DNA of 64,000 nt from a virus. The notes under the pieces are model-generated. The model did no database searches, was not told the origin of the DNA, and saw only the letters and a list, made by a program, of their open reading frames with translations. The stretch lies in IMG/VR virus record IMGVR_UViG_3300036770_008729, positions 31,359 through 95,358 of that record; one strand, 5' to 3'. The translations under genes were made by a program, and so were the position numbers. This document shows, one piece after another, positions 1-10,568 of this stretch (positions are counted from its first letter, which is position 1; each line of letters opens with the position of its first letter).

Positions 1-156
1 CAATTATGATGATGAAGTTTGGATTAAGTTTGGTGAATTTCTATATCAAGATATTATGGTATCTCTTATGAAAAATAATATGAATATAGGATTGTTAGAT
101 TTTTGTAGAGGTACTAAGTCATTTATTGAAAAAAAACAAATTGATATTAAATTAAA

Positions 157-984
157 ATGAAAAATAAAATTAAAATAGATTTCTCAGATTTTTGGGGTGG
201 ATTTGATAAGACAAATAACTATTTTTATAATTTATTAAAAGACGAATTTGATGTGGAGATTTCTAATAACCCTGATTATCTTATCTTTTCGGTTTTTGGC
301 AATAATCATCAAAGATATAGTTGTAAAAAGATTTTTTATACAGGTGAAAATGTTGCACCACCACTTGGATATTGCCAATGGTCTTTTTCTTTTGACTGCT
401 TAGATGATTCAAGAAATTATAGATTACCTCACTATTTATTATATGATGGTTACTATGAATTAGCTAGACCTAAAATTATTGATGAAAGTATGGCTATTAG
501 AAAGTTTTGTAATTTTGTAGCATCAAATGGTAATTGTAAAGAAAGAAATGATTTTGTTACTAAATTATCTAAATATAAAAAGGTAGATTCTGGTGGTAGA
601 TGGATGAATAATATTGGATATGTTGTTTCTGATAAAAGAAAGTTTCAATCAGAATATAAATTCTCAATTGCTTTTGAGAATGATGCTTATAGACCTGGAT
701 ATGAATGGTATATAACTGAAAAGATAATGGATCCAATGACGGTAAATTCTATACCTATCTATAAAGGTGGTAGTAAAATTGACAAAGATTTTAATACTAA
801 TTCATTTATAAATTGTCATAATTTTTCAAGTGCTGAGGAAGTTATTGACCGTATTATTGAGTTAGATAAAGATGATAATAAATATTTATCTATGTTAAAC
901 CAACATTGGTTTAATGACTATAATATTCCTGATAATAACAAATTAGAAAATATAAAATCTTTTTTGTATAAAATTTTTAATTAA
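157..984 (+). CDS. GT10-like alpha-1,3-fucosyltransferase
   Basis: FYTGEN and KFSIAFENDAYRPGYEWYITEK resemble the FxLxFENSxxxxYxTEK fucosyltransferase motif. A paralog lies at 5952-6851. Confidence 0.5.
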   Translation: MKNKIKIDFSDFWGGFDKTNNYFYNLLKDEFDVEISNNPDYLIFSVFGNNHQRYSCKKIFYTGENVAPPLGYCQWSFSFDCLDDSRNYRLPHYLLYDGYYELARPKIIDESMAIRKFCNFVASNGNCKERNDFVTKLSKYKKVDSGGRWMNNIGYVVSDKRKFQSEYKFSIAFENDAYRPGYEWYITEKIMDPMTVNSIPIYKGGSKIDKDFNTNSFINCHNFSSAEEVIDRIIELDKDDNKYLSMLNQHWFNDYNIPDNNKLENIKSFLYKIFN

Positions 985-989
985 AACTA

Positions 990-1649
990 ATGGAAATCTT
1001 TCACCGATTTATACAAATTATCGAGTCAGTCGATAAACCTGTTATATTTGAATTTGGTACTTGTGATGGTCAACATACTAATGTAATGTGTAGTATTCTT
1101 AAACAATTAAGAAAAAACTTCACTTATCATGCCTTTGAAGCTGATTATAGAATTATACCGTCATTTAATCGAGTCAATAATAATCATCTCAATGAGATTA
1201 AACTTGTTCATGGTGCAATAGGTAATAATGACGGAACTGTTAAAATTCATTTATCTGGAGGTGAAGAAAAAAGAGAAGGCCACTTCAAACAATCTTTTTA
1301 CGGTTCATCTTCTATAAGAAAGCCTAAGAAGACATTAGAGTATTGGCCAGACATGACTTTTGAAGAGTCTGAGGTAACTTGTTATAAATTTGATACTTAC
1401 TTCAATGATAACAAAATTAAGACTATAGATTTTATATGGGCTGATATTCAGGGTGCCGAAGGAGACTTAATTGATGGTGGTCAATTAGCATTGGCTAACA
1501 CAAGATATCTTTATACTGAGTACTCTAATGATGAGTTATATGAGGGAGAAATTGGATTGAAAGAAATACTTGACAGACTTCCTGGTCAATGGTCGGTTGT
1601 AGAAGATTATGGTTCTGATGTTCTATTAAAAAATGAATCTTTTAAATAA
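990..1649 (+). CDS. FkbM-family methyltransferase-like protein
   Basis: FEFGTCDG ... FEADYR pattern typical of FkbM SAM methyltransferases. Its start follows the previous stop after 5 bp. Confidence 0.4.
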   Translation: MEIFHRFIQIIESVDKPVIFEFGTCDGQHTNVMCSILKQLRKNFTYHAFEADYRIIPSFNRVNNNHLNEIKLVHGAIGNNDGTVKIHLSGGEEKREGHFKQSFYGSSSIRKPKKTLEYWPDMTFEESEVTCYKFDTYFNDNKIKTIDFIWADIQGAEGDLIDGGQLALANTRYLYTEYSNDELYEGEIGLKEILDRLPGQWSVVEDYGSDVLLKNESFK

Positions 1650-2290
1650 TGAAACTTTATACAATTTATTCGCCTTCTCATAAAACTTTATATGAGAATC
1701 ATTTTCTAAAGAGTTTACCAAATGAATTTGAATTAAAGTCACTTGAAATAGAACAGGAATGTCCTACTGGTGAATTCTATAAAGAGGGTTGGTCTAAAAC
1801 TTGTTATAGAAAAGTAGAATACTTTGAACAAGCTTGTATAGAATCTCAAGGTGAAATCTTTGTTTTTTCTGATGTTGATATACAATTCTTCGATAACATA
1901 AAGGATGTATTAATTGAAGAACTTGGAGATGCAGATATTGCTTGTCAGAATGATACGGGTCATTACTATTGTTCTGGTTTTTTTATTTGTCGAGCAAATG
2001 AAAGAACTTTGAATATGTTTAGACAGATGAAAATTAATTATCATCTTGAAGACCAGACAACGTTAAATAAACATATTCATATGGTTAATTCAAAGTTTTT
2101 ATCAAATAAATTTTTTACTATTGGTCATTTATTGCATAGAGCTTGGAAAGGAGAATATTTTCAAATTAATTATCCGATTTTAGTTCATCATGCTAATTGG
2201 GTAGAGGGAATTGATAATAAAATAAAATTATTAGAAATAGTTAGAAAAAAAATAGAAATTAATGAATACCTATCAAATCTACCTAAATGA
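1649..2290 (+). CDS. hypothetical protein, possible DxD nucleotide-sugar transferase
   Basis: ORF coupled by ATGA overlap. SDVDIQFF DxD-like motif. No strong family signature. Confidence 0.25.
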   Translation: MKLYTIYSPSHKTLYENHFLKSLPNEFELKSLEIEQECPTGEFYKEGWSKTCYRKVEYFEQACIESQGEIFVFSDVDIQFFDNIKDVLIEELGDADIACQNDTGHYYCSGFFICRANERTLNMFRQMKINYHLEDQTTLNKHIHMVNSKFLSNKFFTIGHLLHRAWKGEYFQINYPILVHHANWVEGIDNKIKLLEIVRKKIEINEYLSNLPK

Positions 2291-3125
2291 AAAATTTTCA
2301 CAGTTTAGACCAAGTCCTAAATATCCTACTTATCCTCCATATCACGAAGGTTTTTATTTAGAAGATTATTTCTTTGATTGGTTTACAAAAAATAATATTG
2401 AAACAGAAAGATATTTGATTCCTGTTTTTTGGACAACTTGTTATGTTGATAATTGTTTTAGTGGATTACAAGAAGTGATTAATACATTGGATCCTAATCT
2501 TAAATACTTTACCGTAGCTCAGCATGATGATGCTATCAGAGAAAAATTACCACCAGATACAATTTGTTTTAATGCGGGTGGAAATGGTGGTGGTATTCCT
2601 ATACCACTTGTTTGTTCTCCTATAAAAGATGAAGTAAAACCTAAATTGAATAAAGATATATTTTGCTCTTTTGTTGGATCAGTAACTCATCCTATAAGAA
2701 ACCTAATGTATAGTAGCTTACATAAAAATTCAAAGTATATAATATATGGTAAGCAATGGACATCATCTGTTTCTGATAGTGACTTTAATAACTTTATTAC
2801 ATTAACATCTAGAAGTGTATTTTCTCTTTGTCCAAGAGGATATGGTAGAAGTTCATTTAGGCTTTATGAAGTTATGCAATTAGGATCAATACCAGTTTTC
2901 ATTTATGATTATAAATGGTGTCCATTTGAAGATGAAATAGACTGGAATGAGTTTTGTGTTTTGATTGATTCAAATAACATTCAAAATATTGATAATATTC
3001 TATCTAGTTATAGTGCTGATAAAATAAAACAAATGCAAGATAATTTGTATAATTATTGGAGTCAGAACTTCACTATGCGGTCAATATGTGAAAAAATAAT
3101 TAAAAAAATATTAAAAATATATTAA
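2262..3125 (+). CDS. exostosin-like (GT47) glycosyltransferase
   Basis: C-terminal LCPRGYGRSSFRLYEVMQLGSIPV matches the exostosin/GT47 C-terminal motif. Confidence 0.5.
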   Translation: MNTYQIYLNEKFSQFRPSPKYPTYPPYHEGFYLEDYFFDWFTKNNIETERYLIPVFWTTCYVDNCFSGLQEVINTLDPNLKYFTVAQHDDAIREKLPPDTICFNAGGNGGGIPIPLVCSPIKDEVKPKLNKDIFCSFVGSVTHPIRNLMYSSLHKNSKYIIYGKQWTSSVSDSDFNNFITLTSRSVFSLCPRGYGRSSFRLYEVMQLGSIPVFIYDYKWCPFEDEIDWNEFCVLIDSNNIQNIDNILSSYSADKIKQMQDNLYNYWSQNFTMRSICEKIIKKILKIY

Positions 3126-3131
3126 AAATTA

Positions 3132-3842
3132 ATGAACAAATTATTCAGTGAAATAGAAATAACAGAGATTTATAAAAATTATGTTTATAAAGATGATAGT
3201 TATTATAAAAAATTTGAAAGTTTACCATTTGAACTTAATAATAAAAATTGGAAATGGGAAGGTAAAGACTTTCCCAGAATATGGTGTGTATTAGATTTTC
3301 AAGAATGGATGCATAAGCATAATTTAAAACATTTTAATAAAGTTTTATCAAATCAACCAGCATCATATCTATCAACTAATTTATCTGATCCTGAACTCGA
3401 GTATATAACGTGGAATACAATAGATTTTATTCCATATAGTAATGGAAATAATGATTTTCATACACTTGACTTAGTTGAAAAAAATTATGATTTTATAATT
3501 TTTAATCAAACACTTGAGCATCTTTATAATCCTTTTCTTTCCGTTGAAAGAATATATAATCATCTTAAACCTGGTGGATTTTTATTTACTAGCGTTCCAA
3601 CTATTAATATACCACATATGACACCATTTCATTTCAATGGATTGACTCCTATGGGTTTATGTATGCTAATGAAGTCGGTGGGTTTTGAAATTGTTGAGTT
3701 GGGATTTTGGGGAAATGTTGATTATATTAAATATATTTTTGAAACTGGAAATTGGCCAGATTATAGAGATTTAATGAGAGATAATATTATAACAAATGAA
3801 AGAGATAAAAATGCTCAGTGTTGGATATTAGTAAAAAAATAA
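3132..3842 (+). CDS. class I SAM-dependent methyltransferase
   Basis: DFIIFNQTLEHLYNP ... LKPGGFLF matches Methyltransf_11/23-type motifs. Confidence 0.45.
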   Translation: MNKLFSEIEITEIYKNYVYKDDSYYKKFESLPFELNNKNWKWEGKDFPRIWCVLDFQEWMHKHNLKHFNKVLSNQPASYLSTNLSDPELEYITWNTIDFIPYSNGNNDFHTLDLVEKNYDFIIFNQTLEHLYNPFLSVERIYNHLKPGGFLFTSVPTINIPHMTPFHFNGLTPMGLCMLMKSVGFEIVELGFWGNVDYIKYIFETGNWPDYRDLMRDNIITNERDKNAQCWILVKK

Positions 3843-3848
3843 CAGATT

Positions 3849-4604
3849 ATGAAAAAGTATTTAATGGTTATTGCTAAATATAAAGATTGGAGGCAAGATT
3901 TTTTTGAAACTCACATGTCACCTAGAAATAAAGAATATTGTGAATTGCATAATTTTGAATATATTGAAATTACAGGTGATTTAGAATTATTTAGAGGAAA
4001 TCCAACTTGGTGGAAATTCACAATTGTTAGAGATATGATAAACTCTGGTAAATTAAAAGATGGTGATATTATAACACATTTAGATGCTGATATGGCTATC
4101 TATGATTTGTCAATAGATTACTCAACTAAAAAGTCATTTTCATACTCTATAGATTCGGGTAATACTCATTGTATGGGAAGCTATAGTATTAAAATCAATG
4201 ATTGGTCAAAAAAAATGATAGATTTAATTTTGGATGAAGAAAGATTTCAAATTTTCAAAAATAAAAGATCTATACATCCTGTTGTTGGTAATTGGTGTTT
4301 TTGGGATTGGTTTAGAGAACAAGCTTCTTGGTATTCTTTAGCTGGAATTAAAAATCATTCTTGGGAACCATTTTTTAATTTACCAAATTTTGGATGGAAT
4401 TCTGATGTAGATGAATATACAGTCTATAGTATTGAAGAGTTGAATGAACATGTTGAGGTATTACCAACTAGTTGGAATGTAACTGAAATGGAAGGAGAAT
4501 CCTCTTGTCAATATCTAATTAATAAAGTTGATAAACAAGATGTTTTTATTAGGCACTTTGCTGGTGGACAACCTTGGAGAAAAGAATGGTTTGAAAAAAA
4601 ATAA
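3849..4604 (+). CDS. hypothetical protein, possible DxD glycosyltransferase
   Basis: ITHLDADMAIYD DxD-like motif. Tightly spaced within the glycan cluster. Confidence 0.25.
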   Translation: MKKYLMVIAKYKDWRQDFFETHMSPRNKEYCELHNFEYIEITGDLELFRGNPTWWKFTIVRDMINSGKLKDGDIITHLDADMAIYDLSIDYSTKKSFSYSIDSGNTHCMGSYSIKINDWSKKMIDLILDEERFQIFKNKRSIHPVVGNWCFWDWFREQASWYSLAGIKNHSWEPFFNLPNFGWNSDVDEYTVYSIEELNEHVEVLPTSWNVTEMEGESSCQYLINKVDKQDVFIRHFAGGQPWRKEWFEKK

Positions 4605-4614
4605 TTTAGAAAAA

Positions 4615-5232
4615 ATGAAAAAAGTATTTATAGATGGAGGTACAAATCTTTGTCAAGGTTTAAGTCAAATAATGAAAATTCACAATATGGATGAAAGTTG
4701 GATAATATATTCATTTGAAGTTAATCCGAATACATTTAATTCTATAGATAAATCAAAATTTTCCAATGTCACTTTCATAAACAAAGGATTGTGGTCAGAA
4801 AATTGTATTAAGTTATTAACAACTGAAATTGTTCCTGGTAGACTTGATGGTATACATAGTGAATTTTTGATTGATAAAGATATGAGTGATAAGCCTGTTG
4901 GTGGAGCTTCCAATGTAATTGGTGATGAATGGATAAAACCTATGTTTGTTCCTGATGAATATATTAATACCTCATCCAATGAGGTTGAGTGTATTGATTT
5001 TTCAGAATTCATAAAAAATAATTTTGACAAATCTGACCATATAGTTCTCAAATTGGATGTTGAGGGTGCGGAATATCCTATCTTAAAAAAAATGATTCAG
5101 GATGGAACTATTGATTACATAAATGAGATGTATGTAGAATGGCATCAACGATTACTTAAAGTAGATCACAATGAATCAGAACTTAGAAAAAATATTGAGA
5201 GTAGAAATATAAAAATTAATGATTGGAATTAA
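4615..5232 (+). CDS. FkbM-family methyltransferase
   Basis: VFIDGGTNLCQG glycine-rich SAM loop and LDVEGAEYPIL motif. Start chosen at the internal ATG at 4615, just after the upstream stop at 4604. Confidence 0.5.
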   Translation: MKKVFIDGGTNLCQGLSQIMKIHNMDESWIIYSFEVNPNTFNSIDKSKFSNVTFINKGLWSENCIKLLTTEIVPGRLDGIHSEFLIDKDMSDKPVGGASNVIGDEWIKPMFVPDEYINTSSNEVECIDFSEFIKNNFDKSDHIVLKLDVEGAEYPILKKMIQDGTIDYINEMYVEWHQRLLKVDHNESELRKNIESRNIKINDWN

Positions 5233-5247
5233 AAATAATAAATAAGT

Positions 5248-5937
5248 ATGTTAAATATTAAAGATGTTTATATAATACACTATACAAAATTAGAAAATAG
5301 AAGAAATAAAATTTTTGAACAGTTTGATAATATAACTCAAAATTTAAATTTTATAAATGATTTTGACCAAGAAGAACTAAGTCAGGATATTATAAATGAC
5401 TTTTATTACCCTTCAGATGAAGAGTGGGATAAAAAAGTAACCCCATTGTGGAATCGTAATTTACACAGACCAAGAATTTTAAATATAGCAGAAATTTCTT
5501 GTACTATAAAGCATATAATTGCTATTGAAGAAGTTGCAAAAAAAGGAGATGCCTTAATAATCGAAGATGATTTAATCATAAAAGATAATTTTGTTCATGA
5601 ATTTAATAATGTAATTGAAAACCTACCAAATGATTGGGATGTCATAATGATTGGTAAGGGATGTAATATGACTGCCAAAAATATAATACCCGGAAAGACA
5701 CTTTATAAACAGAGTCATCCAGCAACAAGATGTTTGGATTCTTATTTATTAAGTCAAAATGCAGCAATTAAAATTTCAAAAACAATAAAGCCTTTCCAAT
5801 TAGTTTCTGATTGGGAATTGGCCTATCATCTTTATTTACATGATTTAAATGTATATTGGCTCGAACCATCTCCTTGTTTCCAAGGTTCTGAAAAGGGAAT
5901 TTATAAATCCACTTTAGATTTTGGAAATAATAGATAA
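5248..5937 (+). CDS. GT25-like glycosyltransferase
   Basis: N-terminus VYIIHYTKLENRRNKIFEQF resembles the GT25 family start (iyVInL..s.eRr). Confidence 0.35.
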   Translation: MLNIKDVYIIHYTKLENRRNKIFEQFDNITQNLNFINDFDQEELSQDIINDFYYPSDEEWDKKVTPLWNRNLHRPRILNIAEISCTIKHIIAIEEVAKKGDALIIEDDLIIKDNFVHEFNNVIENLPNDWDVIMIGKGCNMTAKNIIPGKTLYKQSHPATRCLDSYLLSQNAAIKISKTIKPFQLVSDWELAYHLYLHDLNVYWLEPSPCFQGSEKGIYKSTLDFGNNR

Positions 5938-5951
5938 AAAAAATAATACTT

Positions 5952-6851
5952 ATGAAAATTGGATTTTTAGATTTTTGGCATGATTTTGATGTGAATAATA
6001 ATTTCTTTTATCACATGATGAAAACATTAAAAGAAAATGTCACAGTTTCTTCTCCAGAAGATTGTGATATTTTATTTTTTTCTTGTTATGGTAGTAATAA
6101 TAATTTGCCACAATTTCAAAATAAAAAAAGGATCTTTTATACTGGTGAAAATTTAAGACCGGTTTATGATAATAATGTAATTAGAAATCCACATAATTTT
6201 ACTGGTAGATGTGACATTTCATTATCTTTTGATTTTGAAGAATACGATGGTAGAAATATTAGATTACCACTTTGGTTATTGCAAATTGATTGGTATAATA
6301 AAGTTACTTTTAGAAATCCCAAATTTATGATTCCTTATGAACAGATTTATAAAAATAAATTTTATGATAAATCAAAAGATAAATTCTGTTGTATGGTATT
6401 TAATTCAACATCACCACATAGATATGAGATATTAGAAAAGTTATCAAAATATAAAAGTGTTGACTGTTTTGGAAAACCTTTTGGTAATTGGTTTGATGGT
6501 GAAGATACTAAATTAGATATAATATCAAATTATAAATTTAATATTTGTTTTGAGAATTCAATACATCCTGGTTATTACACTGAGAAGCCAATTCATGCTA
6601 AAGTGGCTGGTTGTGTGCCGATATATTGGTCTGATAATCATATGTCAAAAGACTTTAACGAAAAGGCATTTATAAATTTATCAAACTATAATAGTTTAGA
6701 TGATTTAGTGGAATATATTATAGAAGTAGATAAGAATGAAGATAAATACAATCAGATAAGAAATGAAAAGTTATTCAATGAATATCAAGACCCACAAATT
6801 GTATTTGAACAAATAATTAATAAAATAAAAGAAAAGATAAATGAATTATAA
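5952..6851 (+). CDS. GT10 alpha-1,3-fucosyltransferase
   Basis: IFYTGEN plus KFNICFENSIHPGYYTEKPIHAKVAGCVPIYW give a near-canonical alpha-1,3-FucT motif. Confidence 0.65.
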   Translation: MKIGFLDFWHDFDVNNNFFYHMMKTLKENVTVSSPEDCDILFFSCYGSNNNLPQFQNKKRIFYTGENLRPVYDNNVIRNPHNFTGRCDISLSFDFEEYDGRNIRLPLWLLQIDWYNKVTFRNPKFMIPYEQIYKNKFYDKSKDKFCCMVFNSTSPHRYEILEKLSKYKSVDCFGKPFGNWFDGEDTKLDIISNYKFNICFENSIHPGYYTEKPIHAKVAGCVPIYWSDNHMSKDFNEKAFINLSNYNSLDDLVEYIIEVDKNEDKYNQIRNEKLFNEYQDPQIVFEQIINKIKEKINEL

Positions 6852-7461
6852 AATTTTATTTACCGGAGATAGCCATGCTGTTCACTGTTTTTCAAATGGT
6901 ATATCTGATGTATTATATTTAAGAGATATTACTTTTAACAAGATTAGAAAATTGAATTCATCATTGACTTTAAAAGATATGGGCTTTGATGATAAAGATA
7001 AATGTCATGTCTATGACATTTCAGAAAATGGTGAAGACTTTATAGATATGGTAAATAATATTGATTATGATTATATTTTGTTATCAATTGGTGAAATAGA
7101 TATTAGATTTCATAATTCAAAATTGATAGACCAAAATATATTTATTAACACTTTAGATCATTATAAGAAGTTTCTTCTAAAGATTAATAAGAAATTAATC
7201 ATAATGTCAATACTTCCACCTTCAGATAGACACAACTCAGCAATTCCTGATAGAATTAAATTGACTAAGGCAATAAACTATGAGCTTAATAAATTTTGTC
7301 AAGATAACAATTTTATTTTTTTTGATATAAACTCAGATTTTAATTTAAATGATAAGTTGAATATCAGTATGTCTGATGGTGGTGTTCATGTTAATAAAAT
7401 ATATCAAACAAACATAATAGAAAAGTTAAATAAAGTATTATATGAGAATAGCCTTTTGTAA
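6841..7461 (+). CDS. SGNH/GDSL-family hydrolase
   Basis: ILFTGDSHAV matches GDSL block I. Possibly a glycan O-acyl esterase or transferase. Confidence 0.4.
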   Translation: MNYKILFTGDSHAVHCFSNGISDVLYLRDITFNKIRKLNSSLTLKDMGFDDKDKCHVYDISENGEDFIDMVNNIDYDYILLSIGEIDIRFHNSKLIDQNIFINTLDHYKKFLLKINKKLIIMSILPPSDRHNSAIPDRIKLTKAINYELNKFCQDNNFIFFDINSDFNLNDKLNISMSDGGVHVNKIYQTNIIEKLNKVLYENSLL

Positions 7462-8500
7462 ATTTGCCGGTCTTGCTAATGGTGGTGTTGAGAAATATCT
7501 ACAAACCATTGCTATTATATTAAAAAAACAAGGACATGAAATAGATTACTATTACACTAATGCTGCGCCTATAACCAGTTCATCTTGGATACATCCAGAT
7601 AATGATTCAAATAGAGCTAAGTTAATGGAAGATAATGGTATAAATTTAATTCCACTACATGTAGAATCTAGATATCATAATGATTGGATTAATGATAATT
7701 TTTTTGAGAATTTTAACGAAGATGATTATGATTATTTAATAATTGGTGGTAATGGTGAATCCGAATATCCTTATAATAAACTTAAAAAAGTAAAAATTAT
7801 ACACACGGTACACGGCGACCACGCATTTAGTCAGGATAATATAATAAAATGTGTTTTACTTTGTAACTGGCAGGCAGATAGATGGGTAAATAATGGTGGA
7901 GATAGATCTAAATTAGAAATAATACCAACAGTTGTTTATGTTCCTGATAATCATACAAAAACATTTAGAGAAAAATACAACATACCAAATGATGCTTTTG
8001 TTTATGGATTTCATCAAAGAAATGATATAACTATATCTTCAACAATATCATTAGAGTCATATTCTAAAGTTCAAGAAGAAAATGTTTATTTTGCTTTATT
8101 AGGTGGTACTGAATTACATCAAAAATTTGTTAAAGACAATAATATTAAAAATGTAGTATTTGTTGATTATACATCAAGTGTAAATGATATACATGATTTT
8201 TTAAGTGGTATTGATGTCTACACACATTGTAGATTAGATGGAGAGGTTTGCTCCGCTTCTATTATAGAAGCTATGTATCATAGTAAACCAATAATATCAT
8301 ACCCTGGTGTTAATATGGGACATGCTGAACAGTTAGAAGGTTGTGGTGTTGTAGCTTATTCAATTCCAGAATACATAACTGAGATGAACAATCTTAAAAA
8401 TAAAGAATATTATACTGAAATGTCTAACAAGATTAAAGTTAAATATTCAAGTAAGTATAATTACAATATAATAGAAGAAAAAATAATTAATTTAATATGA
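7442..8500 (+). CDS. glycosyltransferase (GT-B/GT4-like)
   Basis: N-terminus MRIAFCKFAGLANGGVEKYLQTIAIILKKQGHEI is typical of GT4 N-domains. Sits in the glycan cluster. Confidence 0.3.
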   Translation: MRIAFCKFAGLANGGVEKYLQTIAIILKKQGHEIDYYYTNAAPITSSSWIHPDNDSNRAKLMEDNGINLIPLHVESRYHNDWINDNFFENFNEDDYDYLIIGGNGESEYPYNKLKKVKIIHTVHGDHAFSQDNIIKCVLLCNWQADRWVNNGGDRSKLEIIPTVVYVPDNHTKTFREKYNIPNDAFVYGFHQRNDITISSTISLESYSKVQEENVYFALLGGTELHQKFVKDNNIKNVVFVDYTSSVNDIHDFLSGIDVYTHCRLDGEVCSASIIEAMYHSKPIISYPGVNMGHAEQLEGCGVVAYSIPEYITEMNNLKNKEYYTEMSNKIKVKYSSKYNYNIIEEKIINLI

Positions 8501-8949
8501 GAAAAGTATTTTTAGATATGGGTGGTAATATGGGCCAAGGTTTAAGAATGTTTATCGAAAAGTACTCAATTGATGAAAGTTGGATTGTGGAAACTTTTGA
8601 GCCAGAACTATCTTGTGAATTAGAAAGTCGTATAAGTGACCTTCCATATGTTAAAATAAATAATCAGGCTATTTGGACACATACTGGTAAAGTAACTTTT
8701 TCTAGATATGAGCCAAATCTAGAAGGCTCTTCAGTTGAATGTTTAATGTCCGAAGGTTATTGTGGTGATCCAACATCTGAGGGTTATAGAAAACATGATA
8801 ATTTAGTACAAGTAGACTGTATTGATATATCTGAATTGATAAACAAATATAACGATGATGATTTTATAGGAAAAGATTGGGATGTTTATAAAGATAAGTA
8901 TTCCGCAGAAAATGTAATGAAAGATTTTGATAGAATCTTTTTATCATAA
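8497..8949 (+). CDS. small FkbM-like or methyltransferase-related protein
   Basis: VFLDMGGNMGQG resembles the SAM loop of the 4615-5232 FkbM protein. Only 150 aa. Confidence 0.25.
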   Translation: MRKVFLDMGGNMGQGLRMFIEKYSIDESWIVETFEPELSCELESRISDLPYVKINNQAIWTHTGKVTFSRYEPNLEGSSVECLMSEGYCGDPTSEGYRKHDNLVQVDCIDISELINKYNDDDFIGKDWDVYKDKYSAENVMKDFDRIFLS

Positions 8950-8969
8950 AAAAAAATAAAAATAAAAAT

Positions 8970-9608
8970 ATGGAAATAATTGAACAAAAACACGGAAAAT
9001 CAATGGATGAAGGTCATCTAGGTGGATGGGCATTAGATGGTGATGGTGGTACTTACTATCCGATTATGTGGAAATATATCGTAGACACATACAATATAAA
9101 ATCTGTTTTAGATATTGGATGTGGTAGAGGATATTCAACAAGATTTTTTAGAAGCTTAGGTTGTAGTGTTAAAGGTATTGATGGTAGTATTGCGGCTAAA
9201 GAGCTAACACTTTTAAATGAGAATGAATTTGTATCACATGATTACACAAAAGGATTTAGTAATATTCAAGAAAATTTTGATTTTGGTTGGTCTTGTGAAT
9301 TTGTTGAACACGTTGAAGAAAAATATGTCAGTAATTTTTTAAATGATTTTTCAAAATGTAAATATTTAGCTATCACTTTTGCTGAAATAGGTCAAACAGG
9401 ACATCATCATGTTAATGAAAATACTATGGAGTATTGGATTGAAAAAATAGAAAGTTCAGGATTCAAATTCTTAAATGAAGAAACTCAAATTCTAAGAAAT
9501 CAAGCCAATATAGATAAAGAAGAAAGAAATAAAATTCCAAACGTTCCCCATTTTTTTTCGCATTTTACTGTAAGAGGCTTATTTTTCATAAATAAAAATA
9601 TCCAATGA
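8970..9608 (+). CDS. class I SAM-dependent methyltransferase
   Basis: VLDIGCGRGYST motif I (GxGxG). Confidence 0.5.
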   Translation: MEIIEQKHGKSMDEGHLGGWALDGDGGTYYPIMWKYIVDTYNIKSVLDIGCGRGYSTRFFRSLGCSVKGIDGSIAAKELTLLNENEFVSHDYTKGFSNIQENFDFGWSCEFVEHVEEKYVSNFLNDFSKCKYLAITFAEIGQTGHHHVNENTMEYWIEKIESSGFKFLNEETQILRNQANIDKEERNKIPNVPHFFSHFTVRGLFFINKNIQ

Positions 9609-10558
9609 TAATAACAGCAACCTGTCCTTTAAGAATATCTTTAGTTGGAGGATCCACTGACCATCCAGACTTTTTGAAAAAGTATGGAAGCGGTATGGTT
9701 ATTAGTTTTCCCTGTGATCTAAAAACATATATCACAATACATAAAGATGTTTTTGGAATTAATTCAATTGGAAAAAGATACATATTAAACTACTCTAAAA
9801 GAGAAGAAGTAGATTCTATTGGTGATATTAAAAATGAACTAATTAAAAATTGCTTTCAAAAATTAGATGTTTCTCAGATAAATTTATTTTTAACATCTGA
9901 TGTTTATTCTAATGGGTCAGGTCTTGCGTCTTCCTCAGCTTACCTAATGTCTTTAATTAAAGCAATATACACTTTAAGAGATGAAAAGATAACAGAAAGT
10001 GAAATATGCAAGTTAGCTATGGAAATAGAAAAAACATTTAATCCACTTGTTGGTCAACAGGATTTTTATGGTAGCTTAGGTGGTTTAAAAAAGATAAAAT
10101 TTTATGATAACGATAATCCAGAAATTAAATATTTAGATACTAAAATATTTAATCAAATGGATATGTATTTAATCTATACAGGTATAACAAGAAGTTCTAC
10201 TAATATATTACAAACAATAAACATTGATAATAGCGTTCCTTTATTAGAAGATGTTGTCAATTTAGAAAAAGCGATAAATGAATTAGACATTGATTTATTT
10301 AATAAAACTATAAGAAATACTTGGATTAATAAAAAGAACACATCACCTTTGATATGTTCAAATGAGGATTTGATGAAACTAGATAATAATATTATGAATG
10401 ATGAAAATATATTATCTCATAAATTATTAGGGGCAGGTAATGGTGGTTATTTTTTAATATTTACAGATAAGAATAAAGAATCTGAAATTTATAAAAACTA
10501 TCAAAATGTTAAGAAAATAAAAATATCAGAAATTGGTATCCAATCAAATAAAATTTAA
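9605..10558 (+). CDS. GHMP-family sugar kinase (heptose-phosphate kinase or galactokinase-like)
   Basis: LFLTSDVYSNGSGLASSSAY matches the GHMP ATP-binding motif PxGSGLGSSAA. Confidence 0.65.
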   Translation: MIITATCPLRISLVGGSTDHPDFLKKYGSGMVISFPCDLKTYITIHKDVFGINSIGKRYILNYSKREEVDSIGDIKNELIKNCFQKLDVSQINLFLTSDVYSNGSGLASSSAYLMSLIKAIYTLRDEKITESEICKLAMEIEKTFNPLVGQQDFYGSLGGLKKIKFYDNDNPEIKYLDTKIFNQMDMYLIYTGITRSSTNILQTINIDNSVPLLEDVVNLEKAINELDIDLFNKTIRNTWINKKNTSPLICSNEDLMKLDNNIMNDENILSHKLLGAGNGGYFLIFTDKNKESEIYKNYQNVKKIKISEIGIQSNKI

Positions 10559-10568
10559 TATAATTAAA

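Noticed and set aside
4680-5051. 123-aa antisense ORF inside the FkbM methyltransferase gene
   Set aside because: It is fully embedded in a well-supported plus-strand gene that has clear FkbM motifs. It has no start context, and long antisense ORFs are common in AT-rich DNA.
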